A stretch of DNA of 64,000 nucleotides from Octopus vulgaris. Lineage: Eukaryota. The position numbers and the translations under genes are program-made. Location: the NCBI GenBank assembly GCA_951406725.2, contig OX597830.1, positions 59,830,001 through 59,894,000 on the forward strand, read 5' to 3'. The notes beneath the pieces were generated by a model. It was not told the DNA's origin, searched no databases, and saw only the letters and a program-made list of their open reading frames with translations. Every line of letters begins with the position of its first letter. The first letter of the stretch is position 1. Shown here in pieces: positions 40,632 through 53,276 of this stretch.

Positions 40632-42720
40632 GGATAAACACAGATACAATGACACACAATATATAATAATAATAATGGTTTCAAATGTTGGCATAAGTCC
40701 GGCAATTTGGGGGTGGGGTAAGCCGATTACCTCGATCCCAGTACTCATATGGTACTTATTTTATGGGTCCCGAAGAGATGAAAGGCAAAAGATGACGGAT
40801 ATATGAAGACATGCAAGAACAAATTACAAAACTTTGTCGGTGATGCGGAAACGATTGGGAAAATTCAGACGCGGAAGATTAAAGGATACAGGATAGAAAT
40901 AAAAAATGAAATGAAATGTGAAAAGCCAGGAAGGAGACAGAGCAGCCATCCTGTGCCGATGAAGGAAGCTCATAGATCCAGGTTTACCCTTACTATCAAG
41001 AGCAAGGGCTCCTTACCGGTCTAAAGGCGCATGTCAGGAGCAGGTCCATTCGTTGTGGCTGTAATCGTCAGTTTCGATCAACCTTTTAGCAAACTTACTG
41101 GAGACAACAACGCTTTTAGCTTCTTCGGCAAATGAAACTTGAAGTAGTTAAGAAGGGACTGCTCGAAGAGAAATGTGTTTATCTTCAACAGTTTGAAATT
41201 TGACCACATCGACGACGATGATGATGATGAAATTCTAAAATCTTATTGAAATATTTTACATTTAAATATCATCAATGCTATTAGTACATTTTCGGTGTAA
41301 AACATAACATATAGTCTTGTGCTATTGCATTAGTACGTAACAAACGCAAACATTCAGAACCACAGCGACACAACGCAAATAAAATCGATATTCACTGACT
41401 GTCCGTTTCAAGAAGAAACAAGTGAAAGTAAAGTGTCAGAGGACAGCTTTAAGTTGGTACTTATTAACACTGCTTACTTTTAATTTCCCAAGAAAGCCTG
41501 CTGCAACCTACTTTTGTTAACAAGAAGAGTAAGAAGGCTAAGTAAATTGATTATCACTGAACCAGTAACATTCTCCCGAGAAATTGGCTTAGATTTTGAA
41601 CAGCTGAAAATCTAAAACCAAGGCAGCAGCAGAAGTGAATAAAAACATGGTACATCTGAGGAATATCCATTATAATCCATAAAGATATCTCGTAGCATGG
41701 ACAATACTTCTGTGAATTGAATATCTACATATCAATAAAAAAAGGTGATTCTTGCTTGGATGTACAAACCTCACTTGATTAGGGCAGAAGAAAGAACATT
41801 TTCCACTGGGACAAAATCATCTCTACTAGTCACATTAATAGTAATATCTATAATTCCTATGATATAGAGGACGAGCGTTATTTTATGTCAATGATTCTCA
41901 GCCTTCTGTATGCTACACACCCCTAAGAAATAATTGATCAATTTTCGTACCCCCTAGAAAAGTAACACCTCATTTGAAGATGAAAAGGTCAGTTTTCTAA
42001 TAACTAATTTTGTAATTTTTTTTTCTAAATTGAACCACGTATAGTAATGTGGGTGAACAAATTGGACTCAGAAAATAAGCTTTTGATTCAGGGCATAAAA
42101 CGCAAATGCAAAGAGAGCAATTAGGAAAAAGTGCAAACAGTGAAATCAATCGCAATTGTGAACATAAAATTCCTCGATTTCTTTGTAACTGCTTCTCGTT
42201 CATGGCGTTATAAAAACGTTGAGATTCCTTGCTGATTGCGATCTGCGAACCAACTTGTCGATTCAGACACACCTGAGTGACAAAAGAGAAGTGAGTCAAG
42301 AACCACCGAAGTTTCTCGTTCCAAATGGAACGAGGACACAGTTTGGGGCCATAATCTCATAATGGTTAAATCTACATATATAGAATAAAAATTTAATGGC
42401 GTGCTTAGTTGCACTAAGGGTATTTTTCATTGTCAGTTAATAATTTAATTCTGATAAAAGATTTTAATAGAATATGTCCTTTCCTTCATTGTTGCGCAAC
42501 CTAAGATGCCCTCTCGTGCTCACAAGAGATGAGAGCATCCTAGGTCGGGAATTTCTTGTGTAAATCTGTCTTTCGAAAACATAACATGTTCTGTCAGGAC
42601 GACTACCGTTAGCTTCAACAAAATATGTATGTATGTATGTATGTTTGTATGCATGTGTGCTTATTGCATATGTATATACACACACATAAACATATTCGTA
42701 TTCATACACACACACACACA

Positions 42721-42755
<35 letters not shown>

Positions 42756-43199
42756 TACATGCCTGGCGAACCAGGCTCAACTCTTTACCGACAACGTTCT
42801 AGGCATCTTCTGTGAACCTCTACTGGTTTTACAAGATATTACTGAAACTTAGAAAGTGCTCGATATACTAGTTAGCAGACAATAAACTTTACACAATTTT
42901 CCATATCTAGAAATGACTTTAGCGTTTTAATAATACACGAAATAACTCAGAATAATTATGTTGCGCAGAAGCAAATTGAAAAATTAAAGAAATTAGATTA
43001 ACTTCGCTGCTGAGGTGTAAACATGGCAGATTCTAAAGATGTATTTATTATCCATTAGGAGACTGTAAAGACATCGGCAGGATACCTAAAAGTATAGATA
43101 CAAGCAACATCCTAGAAAATTACTAATACACGGGTCTGAAAATCTTGTTAGAATATTCTCTAAAAATTACCTGTTAATTCTGAATATTATGAGCCAGTA

Positions 43200-43560
43200 T
43201 TCCAGAATGTACTTAAATCTTGTGACGTAAGAATGGAGGCATTTGATGTATCTTTTAAATCGTTAATATCAATAATACTCTACCTGTCTTACAAAATGAG
43301 GATGTGAAAATGCTATGGCGACTTACACAGACAGACCACAGGTTATCACGTAATAAACCTGACAGTAGATTCCATGATAAAAATGCCAATTGTGTATTAA
43401 TAATCGATATGGCAATACCAAATGATTGTAATGCTATAGAAAGCTCACTAGACAGACAAGAAATTACAGTCACTTAACTGTCGAATTCTAAACATTACAG
43501 ACGTTAAAGAATGTGTCTGTACTTCCATTTATAATTGATAGGAATGGAGAAATTGTTGCT
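43200..43560 (+). mobile_element. Old R4/Dong-like LINE endonuclease fragment
   Basis: VLQNEDVKMLW...QTDHRLSRNKPD...CVLIIDMAIP, matching the RLE W-D..PD..IDxxxP pattern. Confidence 0.65.
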
Positions 43561-43589
43561 TCCAGATAATAGTAATACTCGGATCTGTA

Positions 43590-44855
43590 ATTATTGGTTA
43601 CAAATTTTGGCACAACACCAGCAAGTTTGAGGGAGGGGTAAGTCTATTACACCGACCTCAGTGCTCAAATGGTATTTATTTTATCGACCCTGAAACGATG
43701 AAAGGCAAAGTCGACCTCGGCGTAATTTGAACTCAAAAAATTAAACATTCCGCCCAGCATGCTAACGATTCTGTCAGCTCACCGCCTTCGTTAATAACTA
43801 TAATAATCCTTTCTACTAAAGCACAAAGCTTGAAATTTTGGGGAAGACGGCTTAAAGATGAAATGGCGAAGTCGACCTCGGTGGAATTTGAACTCAGAAA
43901 ATACCTATTTCTTTACTACCTACAAGGGGCTAAACACAGAAGGGACAAACAAGGACACACAAACGGATTAAGTCGAGTATATCGACCCCAGTACGTAACT
44001 GGTACTTATTTAAGCGACCCCGAAAGGATGAAAGGCAAAGTCGACCTCGGCGGAATTTGAACTCAGAACGTAACAGCAGACGAAATACTGCTAAGCATTT
44101 CGACCGGCCTGCTAACCACTCTGCCAGCTCGCCATCTTCTAAAGCTGTAAATAAAAAATTATTATAAAGCATTTCTTAACACTGAAAAGTCATGTTGACC
44201 TTCAATATTTTTATCTTTACTTTTTATTTATTTATTCTTATCAATCTTGAAGGTTATTATTGGCTCTGAACATCGTTTTTAACCCTGAGCACTTTTAGGC
44301 ATATCGTCCAAGATGTACACAATTTTTGTTTTGAGAGAAGAAACCTTTTATATCGTTCTCAAACAACGAGTGATTACAATAACAACAACAGCAACAACAA
44401 TAATAATCCTTTCTACTAAAAGCACAAGGCCTGAAATTTGTGGGGAGGGGGACGAGTCGATCACATTGACCCCAGGGTTTCACTGGTATTTAATTTATCA
44501 ACCCTAAAAGGATGAAAGGCAAAGTCAACCTCGGCGGAATTTGAACTCAGAACGCAGCGACAGCAACAACAACAACAATAATGATAATAATAATAACAAC
44601 AACAACATCAGCAACAACAACAACAACAACAATAATAAAAATGGTTTCATATTTTGGCACAAGGCCAGAAATTTCGGGGAAGGGGTAAGTCGATTACATT
44701 GACCCCAGTACTCTACTGGTATTTATTTTATCGTACCCTTAAGGATGATAGGCAAAGTCAATCACGGCAGAATTTGAACTCAGAACGTAAAGACAGACGA
44801 AATACCGTTAGACATTTTGCCCGGCATGCTAACGATTCCGTCAACTTGCCATCTT
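43590..44855 (-). mobile_element. Cluster of at least four SINE family B copies, with tails running into (AAT)/(AAC) repeats
   Basis: Copies at 43590-43790, 43800-44135, 44400-44560 and 44640-44850. Confidence 0.88.
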
Positions 44856-44864
44856 AATAATAAT

Positions 44865-46480
44865 TGAACCTCTTGCTATTCATGGACGACTTGAAGTTGT
44901 TCACAAGAAGTGAGGCAGAACCGGACATATTTTCTCGAATGATATCAAGATGGAGTTTGGACTCTCAAAATGTGCTACGATGGTGATGAGACGAGGAAAG
45001 CTTGTCAGGAAAGAAGGCATCTGTATGCCAAATGGTGAAATGATGAAGGTAAGTGAAACTGATAAGGCGGCGAGTTGACAGAAACGTTAGCACACCGGGC
45101 GAAATGCTTAGCGGTATTTCGTCTGCCGCTACGTTCTGAGTTCAAATTCCGCCGAGGTCGACTTTGCCTTTCATCCTTTCGGGGTCGATTAAATAAGTAC
45201 CAGTTACGCACTGGAGTCGATGTAATCGGCTTAATCCGTGTGTCTGTCCTTGTTCGTCCCCTTCCCCTCTACATGTAACCCCTTGTGGGTAGTAAAGAAA
45301 TAGGTAATTGAAACTGAATCCGGTTATAAATATCTGAGAATACTTGAGGCAGAAGGAATTAAACACAATGATATGAAAGAAAAGACAAAGAAAGATTATC
45401 TGCGGCGAGTGAGTAAAATATTGCCTTCAAAGCTGAATGCCGGAAACATAATCTCGGCAATAAAGTCGCGCGCAGTCGCTGTAGTCCGGTATGGCCCTGG
45501 AACCCTAAAGTGGGCAGAGGTGGAGCAAAAGGTGATCGCCTATACATGAAAAGAGCAAATGGAGGAAGGGATCTGATAAGTGTGGAAGACTGCGTACGTA
45601 TCGAACTCGGGAACTTACTGAGATACCCATCCCAAAGTAAGGCAGCCTTGCTAGTGTCATTTAGGAATGAGAAGTATTGAAAGCAGAGGAAAAGAAGGAA
45701 ACAAAGGAAGAAGGAAGAAAAGGACATGAAGAAGCATTGCGCAGTAAGAGACTATACAATCAATTGCATGTAACCATGGTTGAAGTTGGTGGAAAACAGG
45801 TGGGACTGGCTGAAGAAAGGAACACTGAATAAAGAAACTGAGAGCATTATGCTGGCCACGAATTGGAGGATCAATCTTAGGAATGAGCAAGTGTTTCCAC
45901 TGTGCCACGTCTGTAATAGAGTGGGCAAAACCATTGCCCTAGAATTGCCCAAACCCATTACAAGTTGTGGCGAAACGATCAGGTAGCGAAAGTGCTACAT
46001 TGGAATCTGTGCGGAAAGTGGGGGTAGAGAGAGGCAAGACGTGATATGAGCACAAACCGCAGAGAGAGGCGGAGTCGGAGACCGGCAAAATCCTCTGGGA
46101 TCTCCCAATCCAATCAGATTAGGTGATAAAGCATAACAGACCGGACCTAGTAGTGGTCGACAAGAAGGAAGGCGAAAAGATAGATATATACAATCCTCTT
46201 AAGTACGAAATAGCCCGTTATGGAAAATGAAGGTGATGATAGTACCAATTATAGTTGGGTCCTTGGGGGCAGTATCAGAAGGCATCAAGAGGAATATAAA
46301 GGAAATCGGAATAGAGTGCCCAGTAGGTTTGCTTCCTTGGCATGGCCAGAATAACCAAGTATTAGATAGTTGAAAAAACAGATAGCATGGTACCGTAGGC
46401 TGCAGGTAGCAAGCTCGCTATGTATGCAAAACTCCAGGAGTTACAACAAAACCCGAGATAAAAAGAACAATAATAATGAT
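44865..46480 (+). mobile_element. 5'-truncated, decayed R4/Dong-clade RLE LINE interrupted by SINE B
   Basis: LLFMDDLKLF, DIKMEFGLSKCA, YKYLRILE, RLYMKRANGGRDL, WDWLKKGTLNKETES, DQVAKVLHWNLC, KILWDLPIQSD...HNRPDLVVVDKK, VPIIVGSLGAV; ends in ataataat. Confidence 0.9.
45066..45301 (+). mobile_element. SINE family B, young monomer with TSD
   Basis: Flanks ggtaagtgaaactga / ggtaattgaaactga (15 bp, 1 mismatch). Confidence 0.93.
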
Positions 46481-46489
46481 GATAGTAGC

Positions 46490-47250
46490 ATAGAGATGCA
46501 CTCGGTAGTCCACTGACAGCACAAAATAAAGAATGGAGTTGTTACTGAAATGATAACAAAATTACAAAACACGAAGCAAAAAATTGTCTTGAAGGAAGCC
46601 AACAAATACAAGACAGAAACTAGGATTAAAGATAATTGTTATAAGGGAGAAAGAACAACAGAAATTATAAATAAATAGATAAATATATGAATAATGCTTT
46701 CCTTCCAGAAACCATGAAAAGCATACGATGGAGCTGGATATGTTTCCTCCAGAATATGAGGAAATCGGGGAGAAACTATTAACCACGTTGTCTCTGGTTA
46801 CCGACGCTAAGGTAAAAGAGAATATATGAACTAACATGATAGAGTTGGAACTATAATATACTGGAAATCTATGTCAGCATTATGAAGCACAAACAACAAA
46901 GTGAGGCCAGGGGGTGGATATAGCGGAAAAGTTGGCTGAGAATGACAAAGTGATCTTATTCTAAGATTTACTAAATCATAAGACAGGTAGATCAAAGTTA
47001 ATCAGTTAGGTATTGTTGTCAACACCACCAAGAAAGGGCGTGTCTTCTGATAGAAGTGTCAGTACCACCAGACGATAAAGTATATTTTAAAACTGAGAAA
47101 TTATCCAATATATAAAAATCTCGAAATAGAGATAACCAGAATGTGAGAAATGAAAGGAGCAACAGCCTCTAGGAAAATAAGTGCCTTGGAAATTATTAGA
47201 AAGAGATGCAGACGAATACATAAACAAAACTATGAGGCTTCTTGGTTAAC
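46490..47250 (+). mobile_element. Second, older R4/Dong-like LINE remnant
   Basis: LLIEVSVPPDD...KNLEIEITRM pattern of the RLE domain; heavily degenerate. Confidence 0.6.
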
Positions 47251-48394
47251 GGTTTTGTTGTCAGCTTCTTAGTTATTGGTTTCTGGCATTGGAGAAGATG
47301 CGAGTTCCTTGGCTGTCTGCGGTGTTGCGACCGGTGTGTGTGAAAACACGGCTTCTTGCTCCGCTGGTGCTGCTGTTTCTACTGGCTCTGCTCTTCTCCA
47401 CCACCGCTCACTCTTCTCGTCTGCTTTTCTAGATCTCAGCGGCTCTTACTTCCACATGTATAACAGTTAGTTTTTTGTTCTGCCCCACCGGCTGTATTCG
47501 TATCTCTTTCCTCTCTCTACCCACGATAGTGTATGGTGCGTGCGGGATGGACCTGTGGCCTTCAGCAGTCATTACGATTTGCTTAGTCATACAGATCCCA
47601 CCCAACAACATGTCATTTCCGGTTCCTTCGGTATTCACAATGTGCCCGAACTGTTGCAAACGTTATAACAAGTCGCGGATCAACCTACGATCCAACGTTT
47701 CTGGCTGTGGTCCTTCCGTTACGCTTTTCGTATATAATGACACAAGTATGCGGTGAGGTGTGAGGGTTGTAGCTCGGCTTGTCAACTTGTTTCGACCTCA
47801 AGATCGAAAACCAGCTGAACAGCCTTCTTAGCCTAACCAAGCTTGTTGAAAACCACAATGTCTCAAATAGCGGCTAGAACATCCTTGAATAACTCCTTGA
47901 TAGAAGAGTGAAATGCCATTCACTTTCCGAAAAGCAAAGGATAAAATCTTCTGGAAAGAGGATAGATTTTTTGTGACATAGATCTTCTATTCTGCTTTCA
48001 GAGAAATGTCTCATAATCAAAATTAGTAATCTGTTGCTATTTATGAATTTGGTCTAGAAGCTATCGTCAACGTTTGATATCGCCTAACCCTGATCTATGA
48101 GAGCCGAATTTACAAAGAACACCTTATGTTGTAGTTTCCATGAATTGGAAAATCTTCTTTATGGTCTTGAGAATTAATTGCACCAGCAGTCTTTGATAAA
48201 CTCTTCAAGATCAGTTTTAAAACGTTGTCTCTCTCCGGTTGATAGTTTTGGCATTGGAACAATTAGTGCCATGACATTTGTAGATAGATTTCTCCACAAG
48301 AAAATAAAGATAATTTCATATTACCTGTTTCCGATAAAATCTGCTTTAGAGGAATATGGCTTGTTGGTCCTGTTTACAACATACCTGTTGCATG

Positions 48395-48605
48395 TGAGGG
48401 GTTCTGAAAAGTTCCTGACTTTGGGTAAAAGAAAATACAGGAGGATCAATTATGATTTCATCCAATATATTTCTCTCTCAGATTCACACACTTATTGCTG
48501 CGGTCCTTCAGTTTTTCTAAGCCTGTAAAAGAACTTGAAAGGTTGAGCTTCCAACCAGGCCTTTCGCGACTCCCTTAGAACCAGGAACATTTTAGCACCC
48601 ACTCG
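48395..48605 (+). mobile_element. Mariner-derived MITE (copy 1 of 3)
   Basis: TIR gagggg(t)gctgaaaagttcctg; retains mariner C-terminal NKCVNLR on the minus strand; homologous to 49537-49750 and 54043-54264. Confidence 0.85.
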
Positions 48606-49122
48606 GAGATATATGTCCCACTTGAACATGAATTTAGTTTTCAACAGGAATCTTCCGTGTTATACGTTTCTTCTGAAATAACAGCCAAACCTTCTTGAAA
48701 TCAGACCCTGCAGTTTTGATGAGGAAGTGTTCATTAGGTATTGTAATCTCCATGCACACAATCTGTAAAGAAGACGAAAAGGTAATGTCTGACACACCTT
48801 TGAACACAGGTGTGCTGAATCTGGACAGACGTGAAGTTCAACAATAACCACAGCAGGTAAAGGAGTAGGAGCGAGACAGCAGAGATAGCTTTTGCGTGGT
48901 CACCACATGCCAAACCTATTGTCTTATATAAAAAAAAGGACAACATTGGAGATAGTGACACAGGACACGTGTAAGATGTTATTGTCATAGTTGGAGTGTC
49001 TACTCGGGGAGGATCGACCTGAGACAAAACAGTGGAAACAAATATTTACTGATGTAATCAATACACTCACGTCGTCATGGAAATTGAGATGACTGAAATA
49101 GTAGTAGTCGTAGTAGTAGTAT

Positions 49123-49172
<50 letters not shown>

Positions 49173-49536
49173 AATTATTTTGCGTTGTTTGTCGATACAA
49201 TGTCAATAAACTGCATAGGATTGAATGGGGGAGTGTGGTGAGGTGTGGGTGTTGCAGAAACTGATACAAAGGCGGGAATGGCGGTGGCGGTGTTGGTGGT
49301 GGTGGTGGTGGTGGTGGGTGACGGTCTCTAATGGCTTTTGTCTATGTAATGCAATGACCTGGCTGACAACGCCCTGAAGTTGATTCAAGCGTCTACACAC
49401 ACACACACAAATATGCACGTACGCAGACACATTTATGTGTTTATGTGTACTTTTTCTTATCTATATCTATTTATGTATATATGTGTGTACGTGTATATCT
49501 ACATATACTTACTTGAGTATGTTGTGTATAACGTAA

Positions 49537-49743
49537 CGAGGGATGCCGAAAGTTGCTGGCTTTGGGGGTGTCGCGAAAGGCCTAGTTGCAGGCCCAACCT
49601 TCCAAGCTGTTTTACAGGGCTCAAAATATATGAAGGACCCCTGCGATAAGTGTGTGAATCTGAGAGGGGAACATATTGAATAAAATGATAATTAACGGAT
49701 CCTCCTCTATTTTCTTGTACCCAAAGCCAGGAACTTTTCAGCT

Positions 49744-49750
<7 letters not shown>
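49537..49750 (-). mobile_element. Mariner-derived MITE (copy 2)
   Basis: cgagggatgccgaaagttgctggc...gccaggaacttttcagctcccctcg. Confidence 0.85.
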
Positions 49751-49812
<62 letters not shown>

Positions 49813-49839
49813 TGTGTGTTTGTGTGTGTGGGAAAAAAA

Positions 49840-50287
49840 GCTTGCTCTGCAATCATGACATCTTGCGTTCGATTCCACTGCGCGGTATCTTGAGCAATTA
49901 TCTTCACGAACGTAGTCTCAGGTTAACACAACTCTCATGAGTGAAATTTGGTATATGGCAACTGTGCAGAAACCCGTTTGAAGGGTAGTTTTGTCTCCAT
50001 ATTGTGTCACCTTTGACATTATGTTGTGCTTGAGAAGAAGACCCATGAAACCAAGTGAAATCGTGGTCGCGGCAGATGCTGGTGTCACGCAAATGGCACC
50101 CATACCGGTGGCACGTAAAAGTACACTCTCAGAGTGGTTGGTATTTGGAAAGGCAACCAGCCGTAGAAACCATACTAAATCAAACTAGTGTCTGGTGCAG
50201 CCTTCCAGCTTGCCAGTTCTGATAAAACCATCCAACCCATGTCAGCATGGACAACGGACGTTAAATGATGATGATGATGATGATGAT
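49840..50287 (+). mobile_element. SINE family F (family-A-like head plus RTE-like tail ending (GAT)n)
   Basis: Head ...gttcgattccactgcgcggtatcttgagcaa; tail gtggttggtatttggaaaggcaaccagccgtagaaacc...ccaacccatgtcagcatgg...cggacgttaaatgatgatgat. Confidence 0.75.
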
Positions 50288-50773
50288 ATATAAACGGCGG
50301 TGCTGTTAGAGCTTTTCGTCTACCAAAACCTACTCACGAAACTTTGATCGATCTGGAGTTATAGTAGAAGTCAGTGAAAGGTCCGCGGATTGAGACTGAA
50401 CCTGGAACCATAGAATGAGTGCTGGTATGGCTGTGTGGTTAAGAAGTAAACTTCTTAATGCCTGTTCCTATTCAAGTACTGCTTTTAAACATTGTACTGC
50501 GGCCATGTGGGGGCATTTCCTTGAGGAGTTTTGCAGATCATATAGTTAGGCAATTATTTGATTGACACTATTTGTCAAACCGCTAAGTCACGGGACTAAA
50601 ACAGACAGTACTGACTTTTTAAGCGGTATCAACGTAAAAATCGACATACAGATGTACACAAACACACACACACACATACGCACGAAAACATACATGCACA
50701 CTCACAAACACACATCCACCTGTGTATATATTATATGTATATATTATATGTGTATATGTATATATGTGTATAA

Positions 50774-50816
<43 letters not shown>

Positions 50817-50964
50817 TAAATTAGAGACAAAACCACTATTAGGCAAATCAAACAATGAAAGACTTAAGCCAATACATAAATTAATTTATATTATTTAAAT
50901 ATGTAACAATTATTAAAAAATATAATTAATATCCAAATAAGTAACAAAGATGTTCAGGTATCAG

Positions 50965-51053
50965 TGCATTACGGCCGTTTCAAGCGACTCCATGTAATCG
51001 ATAAATGCAAACATTACATCAATTTGAAATAAACCGCTCTCCTCGGATTTTGC
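50965..51053 (-). ncRNA. Candidate type I hammerhead ribozyme with extended stem II in a (TA)n-embedded element (about 50815-51190)
   Basis: Minus strand CCGAGGA-GAGCGGUUU...AUGUAAU...AUUACAU-GGAGUCGCUU-GAAA-CGGCCG-UA; palindromic ACGGCCGU stem III and GUA cleavage triplet. Confidence 0.65.
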
Positions 51054-51191
51054 TATGTGTAAAAAGAAGTTATGTATTTTAGTCTCTAGTACTGATAAAA
51101 AATTTTGCTTAAAAATTATAATGGAGTATCTTGTATGTTGGAAATCTACATGGTCATACGAGCAGTAACAAACGAGTGAAGAACGAATAGA

Positions 51192-51313
<122 letters not shown>

Positions 51314-51609
51314 ATATATATATGTATATATATATATATACATACATATGTATATATGATACATACATATGTATATATGATATAATATATATATGTATGC
51401 GCGATATATATGTGTGTCTGTGTGTGCATACACAGTGGTCTTCCTCAAAGTTTCCGTCCATCAAATTTTACTCGCAATTTTTAGGTCTAAGGTCTACCTG
51501 AGGTTTGATTAGAACTCAATGTACCAGGCACTGTAGCTGAACCCTAAACCATGCAGTTGAGAACTGAAACTGTTAACGACACAGCCACATAATTATTGTT
51601 TTATAATGA

Positions 51610-51800
51610 CAGACATGGCATCTGAAACCATCCCAAGGTGGCTATGGTTGAGAGAAGACCGCAAGTGGAACCCTTCCGTAGGTGAAGACTAGTTTAGTCC
51701 TCGCTGCGCCATCCAGGTGAAACGTAGAAGCTAAGGGATGACACGCTCGTGACGCTGAGATATCGGCTGCTGATGACATGGAAGATTTCCCACCTTTGCG
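51610..51800 (+). mobile_element. 3' end of a HERO-like LINE
   Basis: RWLWLREDRKW then a 3' UTR (ctcgctgcgccatccagg...gctgatgac) similar to 17600-17740. Confidence 0.6.
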
Positions 51801-51834
51801 ATTGATTCAAAAAATAATTTGTAACGGCTCTGAG

Positions 51835-52086
51835 CCGAGCCAGCGCTTGCAAATATGGGGCCCAATTAAAGAATTGTCAGCGGGGCCCTCTGCTCTGCAA
51901 AATCTGGAGTCTGATGTTTTCTGCTTCGTGTAGTACGCCAGTTCCAGTCAAAAATCGTTGAGTGTTTGAGGCTCCACCATTAGTCATAATGATAGACTAA
52001 AAATTCATCGTAGCGTCCTGGGCTCGATCGCATGCGTGGGGCCCAATTTGAACAAATCTGTCGAATTGGTTTAAAACCTACCCTGG
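51835..52086. mobile_element. Degenerate hAT-like MITE
   Basis: Repeated ggggccc subterminal motifs; terminus ...ttaaaacctaccctg. Confidence 0.45.
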
Positions 52087-52269
52087 CCCTGAGTAGCTCC
52101 TGTAGCTTCTGTTTGGGACAAGGTACCTCCGATGTTTATTGCTATTGAATATCAAAATCTTTCAGTGTGCGTTCACGACCTGGCCATTAATAGCCTACTT
52201 CACCATATCTCAACAATGATATCAGTGAATACAATCAAGTAACAAACATTTGAAAGATAAGAAGCAAAG

Positions 52270-52450
52270 TAGGAGATTCTATGCGGTCGTTCAACCTGCT
52301 AGAAAAGCAACTAAAGTTCTCACAAATTGCACCTTGACGACTGACGTAAGAAGGACACGTTGGATAATGTGAAAATGAAGGAAAGTAAAAAAACGTGGCG
52401 GTATTGAACGATAGGCCTTTTCGATCAGGGTTCATCGGGGACAAAACAAT
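52270..52450 (+). mobile_element. Old interspersed repeat family G (other copies about 6420-6520, 29165-29350, 37930-38095, 39995-40130, 58735-58920)
   Basis: Shared motifs gctagaaatagc(a)gct, ggacacgttggataatg and gctaaaacaacaa. Confidence 0.55.
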
Positions 52451-52548
52451 TATTATGTGAGTATATGTTTATGTACACACACACACACATGTATGTATAT
52501 ATATGTTAGGGGGTAAGTCGATTGCATCGACCACAGTGCTCAACTGGT

Positions 52549-52581
<33 letters not shown>

Positions 52582-52669
52582 GCAACAACAACAACAACCG
52601 GTTCTTTACCGGACATGGTAAGGACATCAAAATGGAATTTGGGCTAAGAATAAAAAGAAGTGGAATAAT

Positions 52670-53276
52670 ATTGGTTTAAAATTTTGGAATGGCACCAGTA
52701 ATTTTGGTGGATGGGTAAGTCGATTACATCGACCCCAGGGTTTAAATGATATTTATGTTATCAACCCCGAAAGGATAAAAGGCAAAGTGTACCTCGGCGA
52801 AATTTGAACTCAGAATGTAAAGACGGACGAAATACCTATTTCTTTACTACCCACAAACGGATTAAGTCGATTTCTTTACTACCCACAGAGAGGACTAACA
52901 AGGACAGACAAACGGATTAAGTCGATTATATCGACCCCAGTGCGTAACTGGTACTTATTTAATCGACCCTGAAAGGATGAAAGGCAAAGTCGATCTCGGC
53001 GGAATTTGAACTCAGAACGTAGAGGTAGACGAAAGACGAAATACCTATTTCTTTACTACACACAAGGGGCTAAACAGAGAAGACTAACAAAGACAGACAA
53101 AGGGATTAAGTCGATTATATCGACCCCAGTGCGTAACAGGTACTTATTTAATCGACCCCGAAAGGATGAAAGGCAAAGTTGACCTCGGCGGAATTTGAAC
53201 TCAGAACCAAACGGCAGACGAAATACCACTAAGCAGTTTTGCCCGGCGTGCTATCGATTCTATCAGCTCACCGCAT
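52670..53276 (-). mobile_element. SINE family B, trimeric copy
   Basis: Three core units joined twice at aaagaaata|ggtatttcgtc; the last unit has the alternative ...ccaaaattttaaaccaatattatt tail. Confidence 0.9.

Noticed and set aside
42314-42333. 9-bp hairpin ctcgttcca-aa-tggaacgag near a TATA-like motif (42209)
   Set aside because: Short enough to occur by chance in 64 kb, with no supporting gene context.
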